A stretch of DNA of 64,000 nucleotides. It comes from a bacterium. Lineage in GTDB: Bacteria > Hinthialibacterota > Hinthialibacteria > Hinthialibacterales > Hinthialibacteraceae. The stretch spans positions 9,554 through 73,553 of the forward strand of contig CAXXSM010000140.1 in the NCBI GenBank assembly GCA_963663405.2, in the 5' to 3' direction. How positions within the stretch are numbered: the first letter of the stretch is position 1; every line of letters starts with the position of its first letter. Below the pieces are notes generated by a model. The model saw only the letters and a program-made list of their open reading frames with translations, searched no databases and had not been told where the DNA came from. The position numbers were made by a program, and so were the translations under genes. This document shows, piece by piece, positions 47,274-57,400 of this stretch.

Positions 47274-49130
47274 TTATCTTTTCGGTTTCAAAAATGTAAA
47301 TAGATTAGAAATTCTCTGTCCCCATCGTATGTTTTTCTCACGGATCGATTGAGTAAGAAGCAGAAGCGCTTGTGTTGTTTTTCGTAATTCCGCATGCAAT
47401 GAATCCTGCTCTTGATTGGTTTCAGAAGATTGTTTTGTTCGCGTGGATTCACTGATTGACGTTGACAATTCATTGGATGGCGCATTCGGAATGTTAGCAA
47501 GGTTTGTTTGATTTACATTCATTTCATCAACGCTGTCTTTTAATAGATTCCATGATTCGATTGATGTGGAATCACGATTGATCCGCTCTAAAATCTTGGC
47601 CGCTTTATCCATTTTCTTGTGTATCGCGATCATTTCTGTTTTGATTTCAATCAGTGGATTCACAATTACATTCGGGAAGACCGATAATTTGTTATTCAAG
47701 TTTTTCAGTGGGAAGTGCGCCGCTTGTTCTTCCAATCCTTTTTGCAAAGAATCAACATGTTCCCGGATTGATTCCACCGTGTGTGCAAGAAGCGCCGCTG
47801 GTGGACGAAATTCGGCAGTGAATCTATCTGATTGATCGGCCATCCACGCTTTCATGTCATCCAATCGGATTTGTACATCACGTATCGTAGTCTTTAAATC
47901 GGATAGATTCGAGATCCCCTCGTTTTGAATTTGTGATAAATTGACATCCATGTCAGAAGACGCCTGATCAATGCTGGATTGCAGGCGGTTCAGCGCAGGA
48001 ACAATTTGCTGTATTTGTTCTAGTTCTTTGCTATTGAATTCTGTAATTTGTGACCAGTGTTTCGCAAGTTCCTGCTCCAACACCTTTCCGATTGTTTTAA
48101 CGACTTCTAACCGGAGTTCACTTTCAGGTGTAATTTTCGCGATGGTATCATTGAGCTGATTGATACGTTCGCGCATAAAACCGAGTACATGATTTGTTTT
48201 TTCCGCGGCGTCAGAAAAATAACCGGCTGCGTGTTCTAAGCGATCGATGACTTCTTGTATATTGATTTGTCGATCCGCCGCAGTTTGTACAGCGGAGACC
48301 AATTGCACGCAGAGTTGGTTGATCGCATTGGATGTGCTTTCCACTGTTTCTGTGAAGGTCTTTTCCACTACTTGGCGGCTGACGGTTTCCACCATTTCTC
48401 GAATCGATTGCAGTAAATCATCATTATCCGGCGCCGCCAGTGGCACAATGGATGTAGTCAAGATCGTATCCACTTGTTTGAGTAAATGATTGTTCATCCA
48501 GCGGGAAGCGATTAAAAGCGGTGATAGAACCACTGCGCCGATGACTCCAAATAATGTGGTTGTAAAGGCCGTGCCCAATCCGGAAAGTGTATTTCGTAAT
48601 GGTTCACGCAGGTTTTCAATACTTGTGAGGGATTCGATATCAAAATATACATTTTGAATAGCCATCGTGAGACCGATCAATGTGCCGATCAGGCCTAATA
48701 AAATACACATGCGTTGAAACAATTGTAACAATCCTACAGGCTTGTAACGCGCAAGGCTTAATTCCACGACATCATCGACTAACCGGCGCGCAGAATGGCG
48801 ATCAAGCCGTTCAATCATTCGAATTGCATTTTTAAGGACAGGGACATGCCAACAGATTTTTCGCAATCGTGCAATTGTATCTTCTGTGCCGGAAGAAGTT
48901 GAATTCATTTTTGAAATACGGCTATGAATCCAACGGATAGCGGCGATCGTATATCCCCGCCATGAAAATTGAATGAGAAATAGGATAAATCCTATATCCA
49001 CTATCCAGCGGATTATAAAAATAATGTATTCCGCTTCAGCAGATAAAGAAGTGAAGATACTTTTTTGAAAGTCAATTGGCAAAAAAGAAAACAAAAAATC
49101 AGTCAGCATTGAACTGTATCCAGTTGACAT
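47274..49130 (-). CDS. MotA/TolQ/ExbB-family stator subunit with a ~400-aa helical C-terminal tail (ZorA-like)
   Basis: Three TMs including LLGLIGTLIGL and LSGLGTAFTTTLFG, then a long heptad-rich tail. Alternative start at ATG 49109. Confidence 0.88.
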   Translation of the reverse strand: MSTGYSSMLTDFLFSFLPIDFQKSIFTSLSAEAEYIIFIIRWIVDIGFILFLIQFSWRGYTIAAIRWIHSRISKMNSTSSGTEDTIARLRKICWHVPVLKNAIRMIERLDRHSARRLVDDVVELSLARYKPVGLLQLFQRMCILLGLIGTLIGLTMAIQNVYFDIESLTSIENLREPLRNTLSGLGTAFTTTLFGVIGAVVLSPLLIASRWMNNHLLKQVDTILTTSIVPLAAPDNDDLLQSIREMVETVSRQVVEKTFTETVESTSNAINQLCVQLVSAVQTAADRQINIQEVIDRLEHAAGYFSDAAEKTNHVLGFMRERINQLNDTIAKITPESELRLEVVKTIGKVLEQELAKHWSQITEFNSKELEQIQQIVPALNRLQSSIDQASSDMDVNLSQIQNEGISNLSDLKTTIRDVQIRLDDMKAWMADQSDRFTAEFRPPAALLAHTVESIREHVDSLQKGLEEQAAHFPLKNLNNKLSVFPNVIVNPLIEIKTEMIAIHKKMDKAAKILERINRDSTSIESWNLLKDSVDEMNVNQTNLANIPNAPSNELSTSISESTRTKQSSETNQEQDSLHAELRKTTQALLLLTQSIREKNIRWGQRISNLFTFLKPKR

Positions 49131-50371
49131 GAATGTGTTTTGAGCACAGGTAGATAAGCGATCGAATGATCCCGCCTGTTATGTATTGTGATAATATCGG
49201 TCCATAAATCCTGCGAAGGTCTACAGGGAAGATACAAGGTTGTTCGTATTGGATCAGAATCGTCCATTTCTACTTCTGTATTTTCTAATTCTGGTGGGAA
49301 ATAGAATAGTAAATCCATACCATCTCCACGAACATCATTAATGGATTTGACAAGAATAGAGACGATCTGATTGTCCGTATTCCAATTGATCAAAGGTGGA
49401 AAAATATTGAGTCTTTGACGCTTAGGGAATTGAATGATGCGCTTGCGATTTGTGATAATCGTTTCATCTGTTTCAACAGTTACGTTATAGGAAAATATAT
49501 CTGAGTCACGACCGCAGGAAAGTTCGATTGTATTAATCGGAGAAGTGTTAGACAATAATAAATCTTGTTTTATGTGCGTCTTTCCACCCTTTTTCCGTAT
49601 CCTCGCTTTAACAGGCCGTTCTCCGATTAATTTTAATCTTAACGTATATCGATCGAGATGCTCATCATCAAATTTATCCAACTGATGTTCTATCGTAACC
49701 ATTGGCGATTGCAAGAGAAAGACAATAGTTGTTTCGAGTTCTGGAATTGATAATCGGTAACGTATAGGTAAATTCGTTGTCGGTAAATCTGTATTCGTTG
49801 GATATCGCACTAAGAACGTATTTTTTGTAGTCTTATCACACTCAATATAGAGACCCAGCGGATTTTTATTAAGTAAATTCAGTAATAAAGGCTGTGGCAT
49901 TGAAATCAGAAAACCAGGATTAAACATAACATAACTTAAAATTCCTCGAGAATATAGATAAACATTATGCCGAATTGAGGGGAGAGGGCTTGATAGACGT
50001 TTTTCATTCGTAACAATTCCAATTTTTAGATCCCTTATTACTTCATCAAATCGCAGCCAAATCCCTTCCGTTGAGTCCCACTCGTATTGGATCGGATAAT
50101 CCTGTATATAGCCATTCCTATCTAAAATGTATTTACCTGCAATCCATCGATTTTTAGAGAGCGCTCCAATACAGAATTGACCATTTCCACCAGTTACCAA
50201 TGTTAGCTCAGAATGAGATTGGAGACGAACCTTGTATGTTTCGGATAGAGGCAATTTCGGTGGGATATGACCTAAAGGTTCTAGTTGTAAACGATCGATA
50301 TCTACGGGTGTGGCAATGACTCCCGAATTGGTCCAGATTGTTTCATTCAATGAAAAAGATATGTCATTCAT
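49103..50371 (-). CDS. Hypothetical beta-rich cytoplasmic protein, tightly linked to the MotA-like gene
   Basis: 422-aa ORF that overlaps the next gene; no recognisable motif, signal peptide or TM. Confidence 0.75.
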   Translation of the reverse strand: MNDISFSLNETIWTNSGVIATPVDIDRLQLEPLGHIPPKLPLSETYKVRLQSHSELTLVTGGNGQFCIGALSKNRWIAGKYILDRNGYIQDYPIQYEWDSTEGIWLRFDEVIRDLKIGIVTNEKRLSSPLPSIRHNVYLYSRGILSYVMFNPGFLISMPQPLLLNLLNKNPLGLYIECDKTTKNTFLVRYPTNTDLPTTNLPIRYRLSIPELETTIVFLLQSPMVTIEHQLDKFDDEHLDRYTLRLKLIGERPVKARIRKKGGKTHIKQDLLLSNTSPINTIELSCGRDSDIFSYNVTVETDETIITNRKRIIQFPKRQRLNIFPPLINWNTDNQIVSILVKSINDVRGDGMDLLFYFPPELENTEVEMDDSDPIRTTLYLPCRPSQDLWTDIITIHNRRDHSIAYLPVLKTHSCQLDTVQC

Positions 50372-50379
50372 GAGCGCAA

Positions 50380-51867
50380 TTATACTATCTCTACATCAGG
50401 TTTACGAAGAATTTTTTTGGTTGATCGCCAGTAGAATCCTCTGTGTATGACTCGTTTGATACGCCCATTTGTTTTAGGATCAGCCCAGGTTACTAATTGA
50501 TGTTGAGCAGGATTGAATGGCTCTCCATGAGAAGGTTGCATGATTTCAAGATCAAACAATTCGGCAATCTCCAGAAAATGATGAACAAGGGTAGTATAGA
50601 ATTCTTCGGCTTCTATTGTGTCCTGTTCCTGTTCTTCCCATTGATATACATAATTTAAAAAATATTTCTGCACGACGGTTGGAAGAAATTGGTTTTTCTG
50701 AGCGAGTGGTTTACGTGTGCGAATCGCTTTGGAAAATGCTTTGTCAATAATAACAAATATGTATTGCATGAATCCACTTTCATCACGAGTAAGAGACATC
50801 GCATGTCGATATTCTCCATGCTGATAAAGCAGTTCGCGATAATCGTTGAAATCCGATAAAAATTTTCCAAATTCTATCATTAAATCATCCGCAGACAGTT
50901 GAAAAGGCAATACAGGTCCGATATTGGAAAGAAATTCATACAAATTATCTCTAAAGTTTGTTACGAAGGAACTTGCGGATGGATTCACTCTGAGAAGTAT
51001 CATGATAGCGCCATTTTTTTGATCCACTTTGTTAAAGAATTGTATCGCAATATCAAAATCCTCCACATCGACGCTGCAATAATTCTGAATATCCTGTGTT
51101 TCCAATTTCCACTTGGCATTCATAAACTCAGTCAGATCGTTGCACTGCTCACGAACACGCTCTACAGGTGATTGCGCGCGAAACTGGAAAGATTGAGATT
51201 GATTGTCAGTTTTCATCAAAGAAATCGATTCAGATATAGGTTCAGGTTCTTCATGCTCTGCAGATGAATACCGATCGTTTACGATTTTCCCTGTAACTTC
51301 TGGATGTTGAGTAATAAGTTTTTCTAGAATCTGAGATAGTTTCTTCTCCCGGTTAAAAAAAATCCAAATCATAATAAACCAGGAAATCATTATAATGCAA
51401 ATAAGAATAGTAAATATTATTAAGTAAAAAGAAAAATCGGAAGTACCGGCTGTGTCGTAGTCAGTAGAATTATCACTTGGTACTTGTCTTGGCTCCGGTA
51501 ATGGTTTCAATTTATTTTCATTTATGAATATCAGTATAGGATAATAACCGGAAGGGATTCCATATAAAGCGTACGTCTTTGTATTCAAAACACACAAAGA
51601 TGGAAAAAGAGAGGATAAAATCGATGAAGGGACATTCAACCAAAAGGAACTTATATTATTCTGAAAATCTATGGTTGAAGATGAATTGATTATTAGAGAA
51701 GATATGACTGGACTCGGTGACTGTATTTCAGTATGGTTTCTTGCAGTATTATCGTGATTCTCAACTGCATAAGATTGATGGAGAAACAGAGGAATGAAGA
51801 AGAAAGAAAACAGGAAGCATAAATACATGATTCGAACAGTTTTTGTATACCCAAGCGATCTATACAT
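50380..51867 (-). CDS. Membrane protein with a C-terminal GrpE-like head domain
   Basis: Signal peptide, extracytoplasmic segment, TM (FYLIIFTILICIIMISWFIMIWIFF); C-terminus GEPFNPAQHQLV...GRIKRVIHRGFY...ILRKPDVEIV matches the GrpE pattern G-x-x-F-D-P-x-x-H...G-x-I-x-x-V...G-Y...R-x-A-x-V-x-V. Confidence 0.72.
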   Translation of the reverse strand: MYRSLGYTKTVRIMYLCFLFSFFFIPLFLHQSYAVENHDNTARNHTEIQSPSPVISSLIINSSSTIDFQNNISSFWLNVPSSILSSLFPSLCVLNTKTYALYGIPSGYYPILIFINENKLKPLPEPRQVPSDNSTDYDTAGTSDFSFYLIIFTILICIIMISWFIMIWIFFNREKKLSQILEKLITQHPEVTGKIVNDRYSSAEHEEPEPISESISLMKTDNQSQSFQFRAQSPVERVREQCNDLTEFMNAKWKLETQDIQNYCSVDVEDFDIAIQFFNKVDQKNGAIMILLRVNPSASSFVTNFRDNLYEFLSNIGPVLPFQLSADDLMIEFGKFLSDFNDYRELLYQHGEYRHAMSLTRDESGFMQYIFVIIDKAFSKAIRTRKPLAQKNQFLPTVVQKYFLNYVYQWEEQEQDTIEAEEFYTTLVHHFLEIAELFDLEIMQPSHGEPFNPAQHQLVTWADPKTNGRIKRVIHRGFYWRSTKKILRKPDVEIV

Positions 51868-51890
51868 AATAGAATCCTAAATAGAAGTAA

Positions 51891-53390
51891 TCATCCAAGT
51901 CTCACCGTAGGTTTGCGAATGGGATTGCCTTGGATCCGTTTGACTCCTCGTCTTACGATCGATTGAATACGGCCTGAGTTAGAACTCGATTCCTGTGCAA
52001 ATTCTTCCAGCGTATGTTGAAGAGGATCAAAAGTATCATGGATTTTTACATCCGTCAGTTCCATTCCCAGTGGTTTTAATAAAGAACTTAGATAATCCGT
52101 AAGGATCGGTGATAATTCGGGAATTGTGTTGCTATATTTCTTTTCTAAAATTTCAAGTTCATCAATATGTTCCATCACATCAACTTTCGCGATCCGATTC
52201 AATTCTTCCGTCAGCGTTTCGATAGAAATGTGTGAGGATTGAATTTCATGAATCGCATCCAATAGAATTGTATTATAAAAGGAAAATACATAGTGACGGT
52301 AGGCAATAACTGGGTCCAATCGATCGTTCGAAGGGATATCTTCTTTCCCTATCAATCCCACAATCGTATGATAATAATCCGAATGAAGAAACTCGTTATA
52401 TTTTTTGGGATTCTGATCAGTAAAATTAGGTATTTTTGTCACTCCAAACATGGCGTTGTATTTAGACTGGATCTGCTCGCGAAATCCCCCTACTTTAAAT
52501 TTGAAGGCGGAATGGGATTGTTCAATAGTTTGAATCGCAGGATTATCCGGCGAAAAAGAATTGATAAGCGTGTTAAACGCAATGAAAGCGGGATGATTTT
52601 CTAAGTCTGGAATCAAATTCAATTGCGCTTCCCGGATGCATTTATATTTATTAACAGAAAACGCACGTTTTACAAGTTCTATAAATTCCTGGTAATCCTC
52701 TTGCGCTTTACGGTGATCGCTTACAGACAATAAATCATGTTTAAGAGAACGAATTTCATTCTGAAGGATGCGATTGTATGTTTCACCAGTCTCAATGGTT
52801 GATAGTTTTGAAAAGAGTTTGTTAAATGATAATTCTGTTTTGGAAATGAATTCAACTACTTTGCTATGTTGATTGTTGAATTGATTCAGAAAACCTTTGT
52901 AGCTTACAGACAACGCGTTCAGTTGTTCTGATAGATATGTGAATTGATCCGATGAGTTTGTTGATGGAAATGAGATTATATTTTTTTGCTCTGACTTATA
53001 ATCAGATGTTGTATTCATGGATAAAGATATTTTTACTATATATTTGCGATCAATTGGATGTGGCCAAATTTGTAGATTAAAATGTACTTCATCAAAATCT
53101 TCCGGCTTTGATAATTTAATATAATATCTTGATTTGAAGATACCATTATAATAACTTAATGGACATTTTTGTTTGTTTTTGTTTAGGATAAAATGGCCAT
53201 CCACAATATTAAAATCATTAGTGCGTTGAATTTTAGGAATCAATTGTATATAGTTACTATGTTCGTCTGGGATAAAATCGATGATGCCTTTCTTAACGAT
53301 AGGAGAATTGTGATTTGCGCGTAAAATTTCATAAAAAATAACATATTCTCCTATTATTATTGTATTTTCATAACATTTCATTGGACGCAT
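51891..53390 (-). CDS. Coiled-coil protein with a C-terminal GrpE-like head domain
   Basis: Heptad-rich middle; C-terminus LGMELTDVKIHDTFDPLQHTL...GRIQSIVRRGVKR...IRKPTVRLG. Confidence 0.72.
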   Translation of the reverse strand: MRPMKCYENTIIIGEYVIFYEILRANHNSPIVKKGIIDFIPDEHSNYIQLIPKIQRTNDFNIVDGHFILNKNKQKCPLSYYNGIFKSRYYIKLSKPEDFDEVHFNLQIWPHPIDRKYIVKISLSMNTTSDYKSEQKNIISFPSTNSSDQFTYLSEQLNALSVSYKGFLNQFNNQHSKVVEFISKTELSFNKLFSKLSTIETGETYNRILQNEIRSLKHDLLSVSDHRKAQEDYQEFIELVKRAFSVNKYKCIREAQLNLIPDLENHPAFIAFNTLINSFSPDNPAIQTIEQSHSAFKFKVGGFREQIQSKYNAMFGVTKIPNFTDQNPKKYNEFLHSDYYHTIVGLIGKEDIPSNDRLDPVIAYRHYVFSFYNTILLDAIHEIQSSHISIETLTEELNRIAKVDVMEHIDELEILEKKYSNTIPELSPILTDYLSSLLKPLGMELTDVKIHDTFDPLQHTLEEFAQESSSNSGRIQSIVRRGVKRIQGNPIRKPTVRLG

Positions 53391-53400
53391 TTTATCAACC

Positions 53401-54421
53401 CTACTGCATTAATATAGGAAATTCAAAATAGTCTACAAAACGGCCAAACGAACCAGTCAGGCAAGTTTGTACACGCCCATCCATAAGGCGATGAGATTCC
53501 AGTACAACCTTTTCGGGAGCCATATACAATCGGCGCTTTTTTAGGTTTATGGTTTTAAGAGGATGCAATGCTATACCCGGATAGCCGAACCAAAATTCAA
53601 CAAACGGGATTACACCGTTGGAAGAAGTGAGAGCATCTATCCGGCCTCCTGTAATTGGATCTTCTTCATGAATTAAAGGCAGAAAATCCCACAATCCATG
53701 ACGAATACCAATCGCTCCATTACGACGGATCGATATTGTACTAAATCCACTACGAATTTCATCTAAATATAAGGAGACATTTTTGAGAGCTTGCTCCGTT
53801 GTTGAATCTAAAATGAAAGGTACAGAACTGGAAAGATCTCGAGAAAATACAAGAAAACGGTTATGCGCGTTCTCACTCGATTCATCCCGAAGTTGGTGTT
53901 GAATCACTGCTTCACTATGCAAATTATTATGCTGGACAGTAATCCATGACGCTTCAACTACACATTCCCGCTGGCGAAGAACGATAATGGAATCATTGTG
54001 ATTATTCTCCTTGATAGCGGCTAATGCAAATAATGGCGCGCCATCCGCGAAACAACACTCCCCCTTTCCAGCCCAAATGAGTCAGGAGTGAACTAAGGGA
54101 TTCTTGAGTCGATGTTGATACTCCAGTAGGGAGCATCATAACTAGCCAATCACTTTCATTCATTTGACGATTTTTTAGAGCGCGTGAAAAAAAGGGATGA
54201 AGAGCGGCGGCGATTTCGCTTGATGGTAATGTATCTATGAATTGCGCAGGATTTGAAATTACCACTCCTTCATAGGATGAGGGGGGCCACGGACCGCCAT
54301 CCCAAATCAATCCCTCTTCTGTTTTACGTCCAAGCCAGCTATCAGGAATGTGGCCGGAATTTCCATCGGAATCGGCCCATGCTGGATTTACGGGACAAAA
54401 ATCAAACACGAGTGTAACCAT
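53401..54421 (-). CDS. Degenerate Hsp70/actin-fold protein (one frameshift near 54050)
   Basis: ATG 54421 lies 7 bp after the Hsp70 stop. TLVFDFC...LVMMLPTG...TQESLSSLLTHLG; a frame change in the T run gives FADGAPLFALAA...SIIVLRQRECVVEASWI and joins ORF 53401..53922. Confidence 0.55.
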
Positions 54422-54428
54422 GATCGGC

Positions 54429-57400
54429 TCAACAATCGGAAAGGATTGTATCCTTACATGCATTAATCGGAGGCCATAAGGAATAGGGCTCCAACTCCGC
54501 GCCGTGACTGGGATTCGGTTCGAGCGTGACGCGCAGTTCCTCATCCCGTGTTAAAATCACCTTCATCCGCGCGCTTTCAATCTGTTCGTCTGTCCATCCA
54601 TCGGGAAGAATTTGAAATTTGGCTATATCGCGAAATTCCTGATCTTTTTTACCAGTGATCAAGTTTGAACTGACTTGTAAATTGATAAAAGATTCAACCA
54701 AGGTGACCGTTTTCCCACGGCAAAGAGGAAAATTCTCACATACCGCTTCCGCGGGGAGAGGCGTCAATCGATCGATAACGGGAATGTAACCTTTGGATCC
54801 GATGATCCGTCCACGAAGGAAAATATAGACCCGGCTTACGCGATTCATTTCAACGTTTATATATTCGCGCATGTATCCATAGATGGCGCTTCCCATGGCG
54901 ACCGCTTCTTTGATGTTCGCAAGAGGCACAATCTCAACAGGTTTTCCATCATTGGCTTCCAGCACAGCTTGCCGAAGCATCTCTTGGATTAAAGGCATAC
55001 GGCTGGACTGACCGGACATCAATACTTTGGTGAGAGAACATTGGGAATCCATCTGTTTGACATTCCGGATCATGGTCTTGGCTTTTTCAAGCGCGCCGGA
55101 TAACGCCTGTTTGATCTGGGATTCGATCGCGTCTTTTTTGCTGACAATATCCGTAAAAAACTGGATTCGCTTTGGTTCGCTGTCAGGATTCTTTTTCTCA
55201 ATTCCACTGACCGATATATTCATCTCATCGGTCGAACCACTGGTGAAGATGTATATTTTTAGCAGTTCGGCTATCCAGTATAAATTCCAATAATTCAAAG
55301 TCGCTAAGTTGGTATACCGGCCCGATTCTTGAGTCAGTGTTTCTATACGTGAATATGGAATGATTATGGCGTCTTCTTCCTCATTCTCCGATTCTTCCCA
55401 ATCCGTATTTGGATTCGCTTGTATAGATTTAGCACGGTTTCCCACAGTGGACTTTGTGGAGAGTTCAGATAAATCTAAAAGTTCCTCTTCATCTTCGTCC
55501 GGCGACCAGATCGGAAATTCATCATTCCTTGCGTCAAACGCAGTATTCGCGTTAGAAGCAGAAGGATTCTGTTCTCGTCGGTTCGAGTTTTTTCCATTCG
55601 GAAAAGTGGTTTGATATTCCTCTTCTCTTCCATTCGCCACGTTTTTAGCGCGCCTGTACAATTGTTTCTGAATGATCTCCGTTAGATATTCCCCTCCCAA
55701 ATCGTTCGTGCCGTCAAAATCCAAGTGACGGATCGAGATTCTCTCACTCACCGCGTCGTAAGTGACTTCGCAAAGGGTCATATCAATTGTCCCCCCACCG
55801 AAATCAAACACAAGAATGATCTCTCGTTCGTCCGGGACTCTCGCTTTGCTATTGGATTCGAAATAACGTCCAGCGACTAAGTAGTATAACAAAACGGAAG
55901 ACGCTTCATCGATGAATCCAACAGACAATTGATTGGGATTAATATTAGACGCTTCCGTGCTCTTAATTAGCGCGTCCCGCAAGGCCAATCGCTGCTTGGT
56001 CCAAAAGCGGACGGGATGACTCAGTATAACATGAAGATAATCATATCCTGTTTCCTCCCGTGTGACGGTTAATAAGTTTTTCAAGTAATCATAGGCGATG
56101 GAATCGACTGTTTTATTCTTGACATTGGGCATAAAGGGAAAATGATGATGAAAATCCAGTCCAATTTTGGGTTTAAAAAATGTAATGGTTTTATAGCCAA
56201 TTTGAGGAGACGCCTGCAATGCGTCGAGCGCCGGTCCTCCCACCTCTTCGACTTCCACTTCCTTACTTTCCCATTCTGACGCGAAACCTCCCGCCGCCCG
56301 GTATTTCACAATCGTCGGCACAACGATGGGATTATCTTTATTGCACCCTTTCCGCTGGATCAGAGGAGGGAGGGGAATCATCTCTGGAAGATTGTTATCG
56401 TTAATAATCGCCACACAAGAATTGGTATTGCCGAAATCGATTCCCATCGGCAGTTCCCACTCGATTTGGCACACGACAATCTCCATAGGAAACGATTTTG
56501 TAAATGAGGGTTCGGGAATCTCATCGACTCGAATGTGGATACGGAATTCGCTTTTTTCTCCAGCGCTATCCCACTGTGTCATATCCAACGTTATTTTCCC
56601 TAGAAAAAGGAGCCGTTCGCTCTCCATCGCTTTATCCACCATGAGCGGGAATGGTTTATTGGGGATAAAAGCGCTATAGACGCCGTGTCCGGTGATATGT
56701 TCGGGGAGTTCCACATCGATCGCGTCAATCGAAAACACGCGCCGGCTGTGGTGTTTCATCCATAATTCAAACGAACGCTTACAGCCTTTCAAGATCCGGG
56801 GGGTGATGCCTTCCGGCAGTTCCAAGTAGATTTCAAATTCAGTCTTCGGGATGTAATGGAGAGTGAACGTGTCCGTGAAAACGGACGCGCCCATTTCAAC
56901 GATGGGGACTTCCAGCCGCACCGTTCGTGTTGTCACGCCTTCTGAGAAAAACGATTCCAGATCCGCGACATGAATGGGAATCGGCAGGTTGACTTTTAGT
57001 TGGCGCGTTGAAATATCTTCTCTTTCGACAGTGGCGGTTTGATTGGTTTCTATATTGTGTAAAACGATGTTCTCTTCGTGCGAGAGCGTTAGGTCTCTGT
57101 CAAGAGAGACGAGGTTAAATTGTATACCCTTTTTGGGATCCGCGATACGCAACAGGCGGAAATCCCCGCTAATCTGAACATCTACGCGGGGAGGCGGTTT
57201 CAATGGAATCTGGACCGGATCGACTTTTACACCGGATTCAGCGCGGTCCTCCGAACCGGTCAAAAGGTGAAATGTGAGTAATTCAGCAAGCCGGGCGTTT
57301 TCATGGAGTGGAATGGTTAGGGAAATGATTTCGCGCGACTTGGGGGCGAGGGAAACGGGCCGTGGGAAGTCGATTGTCCGTTCGTCCTCAGACGCGGGCC

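Noticed and set aside
46588-49130. Calling the pair flagellar motA/motB or a complete canonical Zorya system
   Set aside because: No flagellar genes nearby, the long tail is unlike MotA, and no ZorC/D/E-like helicase or nuclease gene is in the window.
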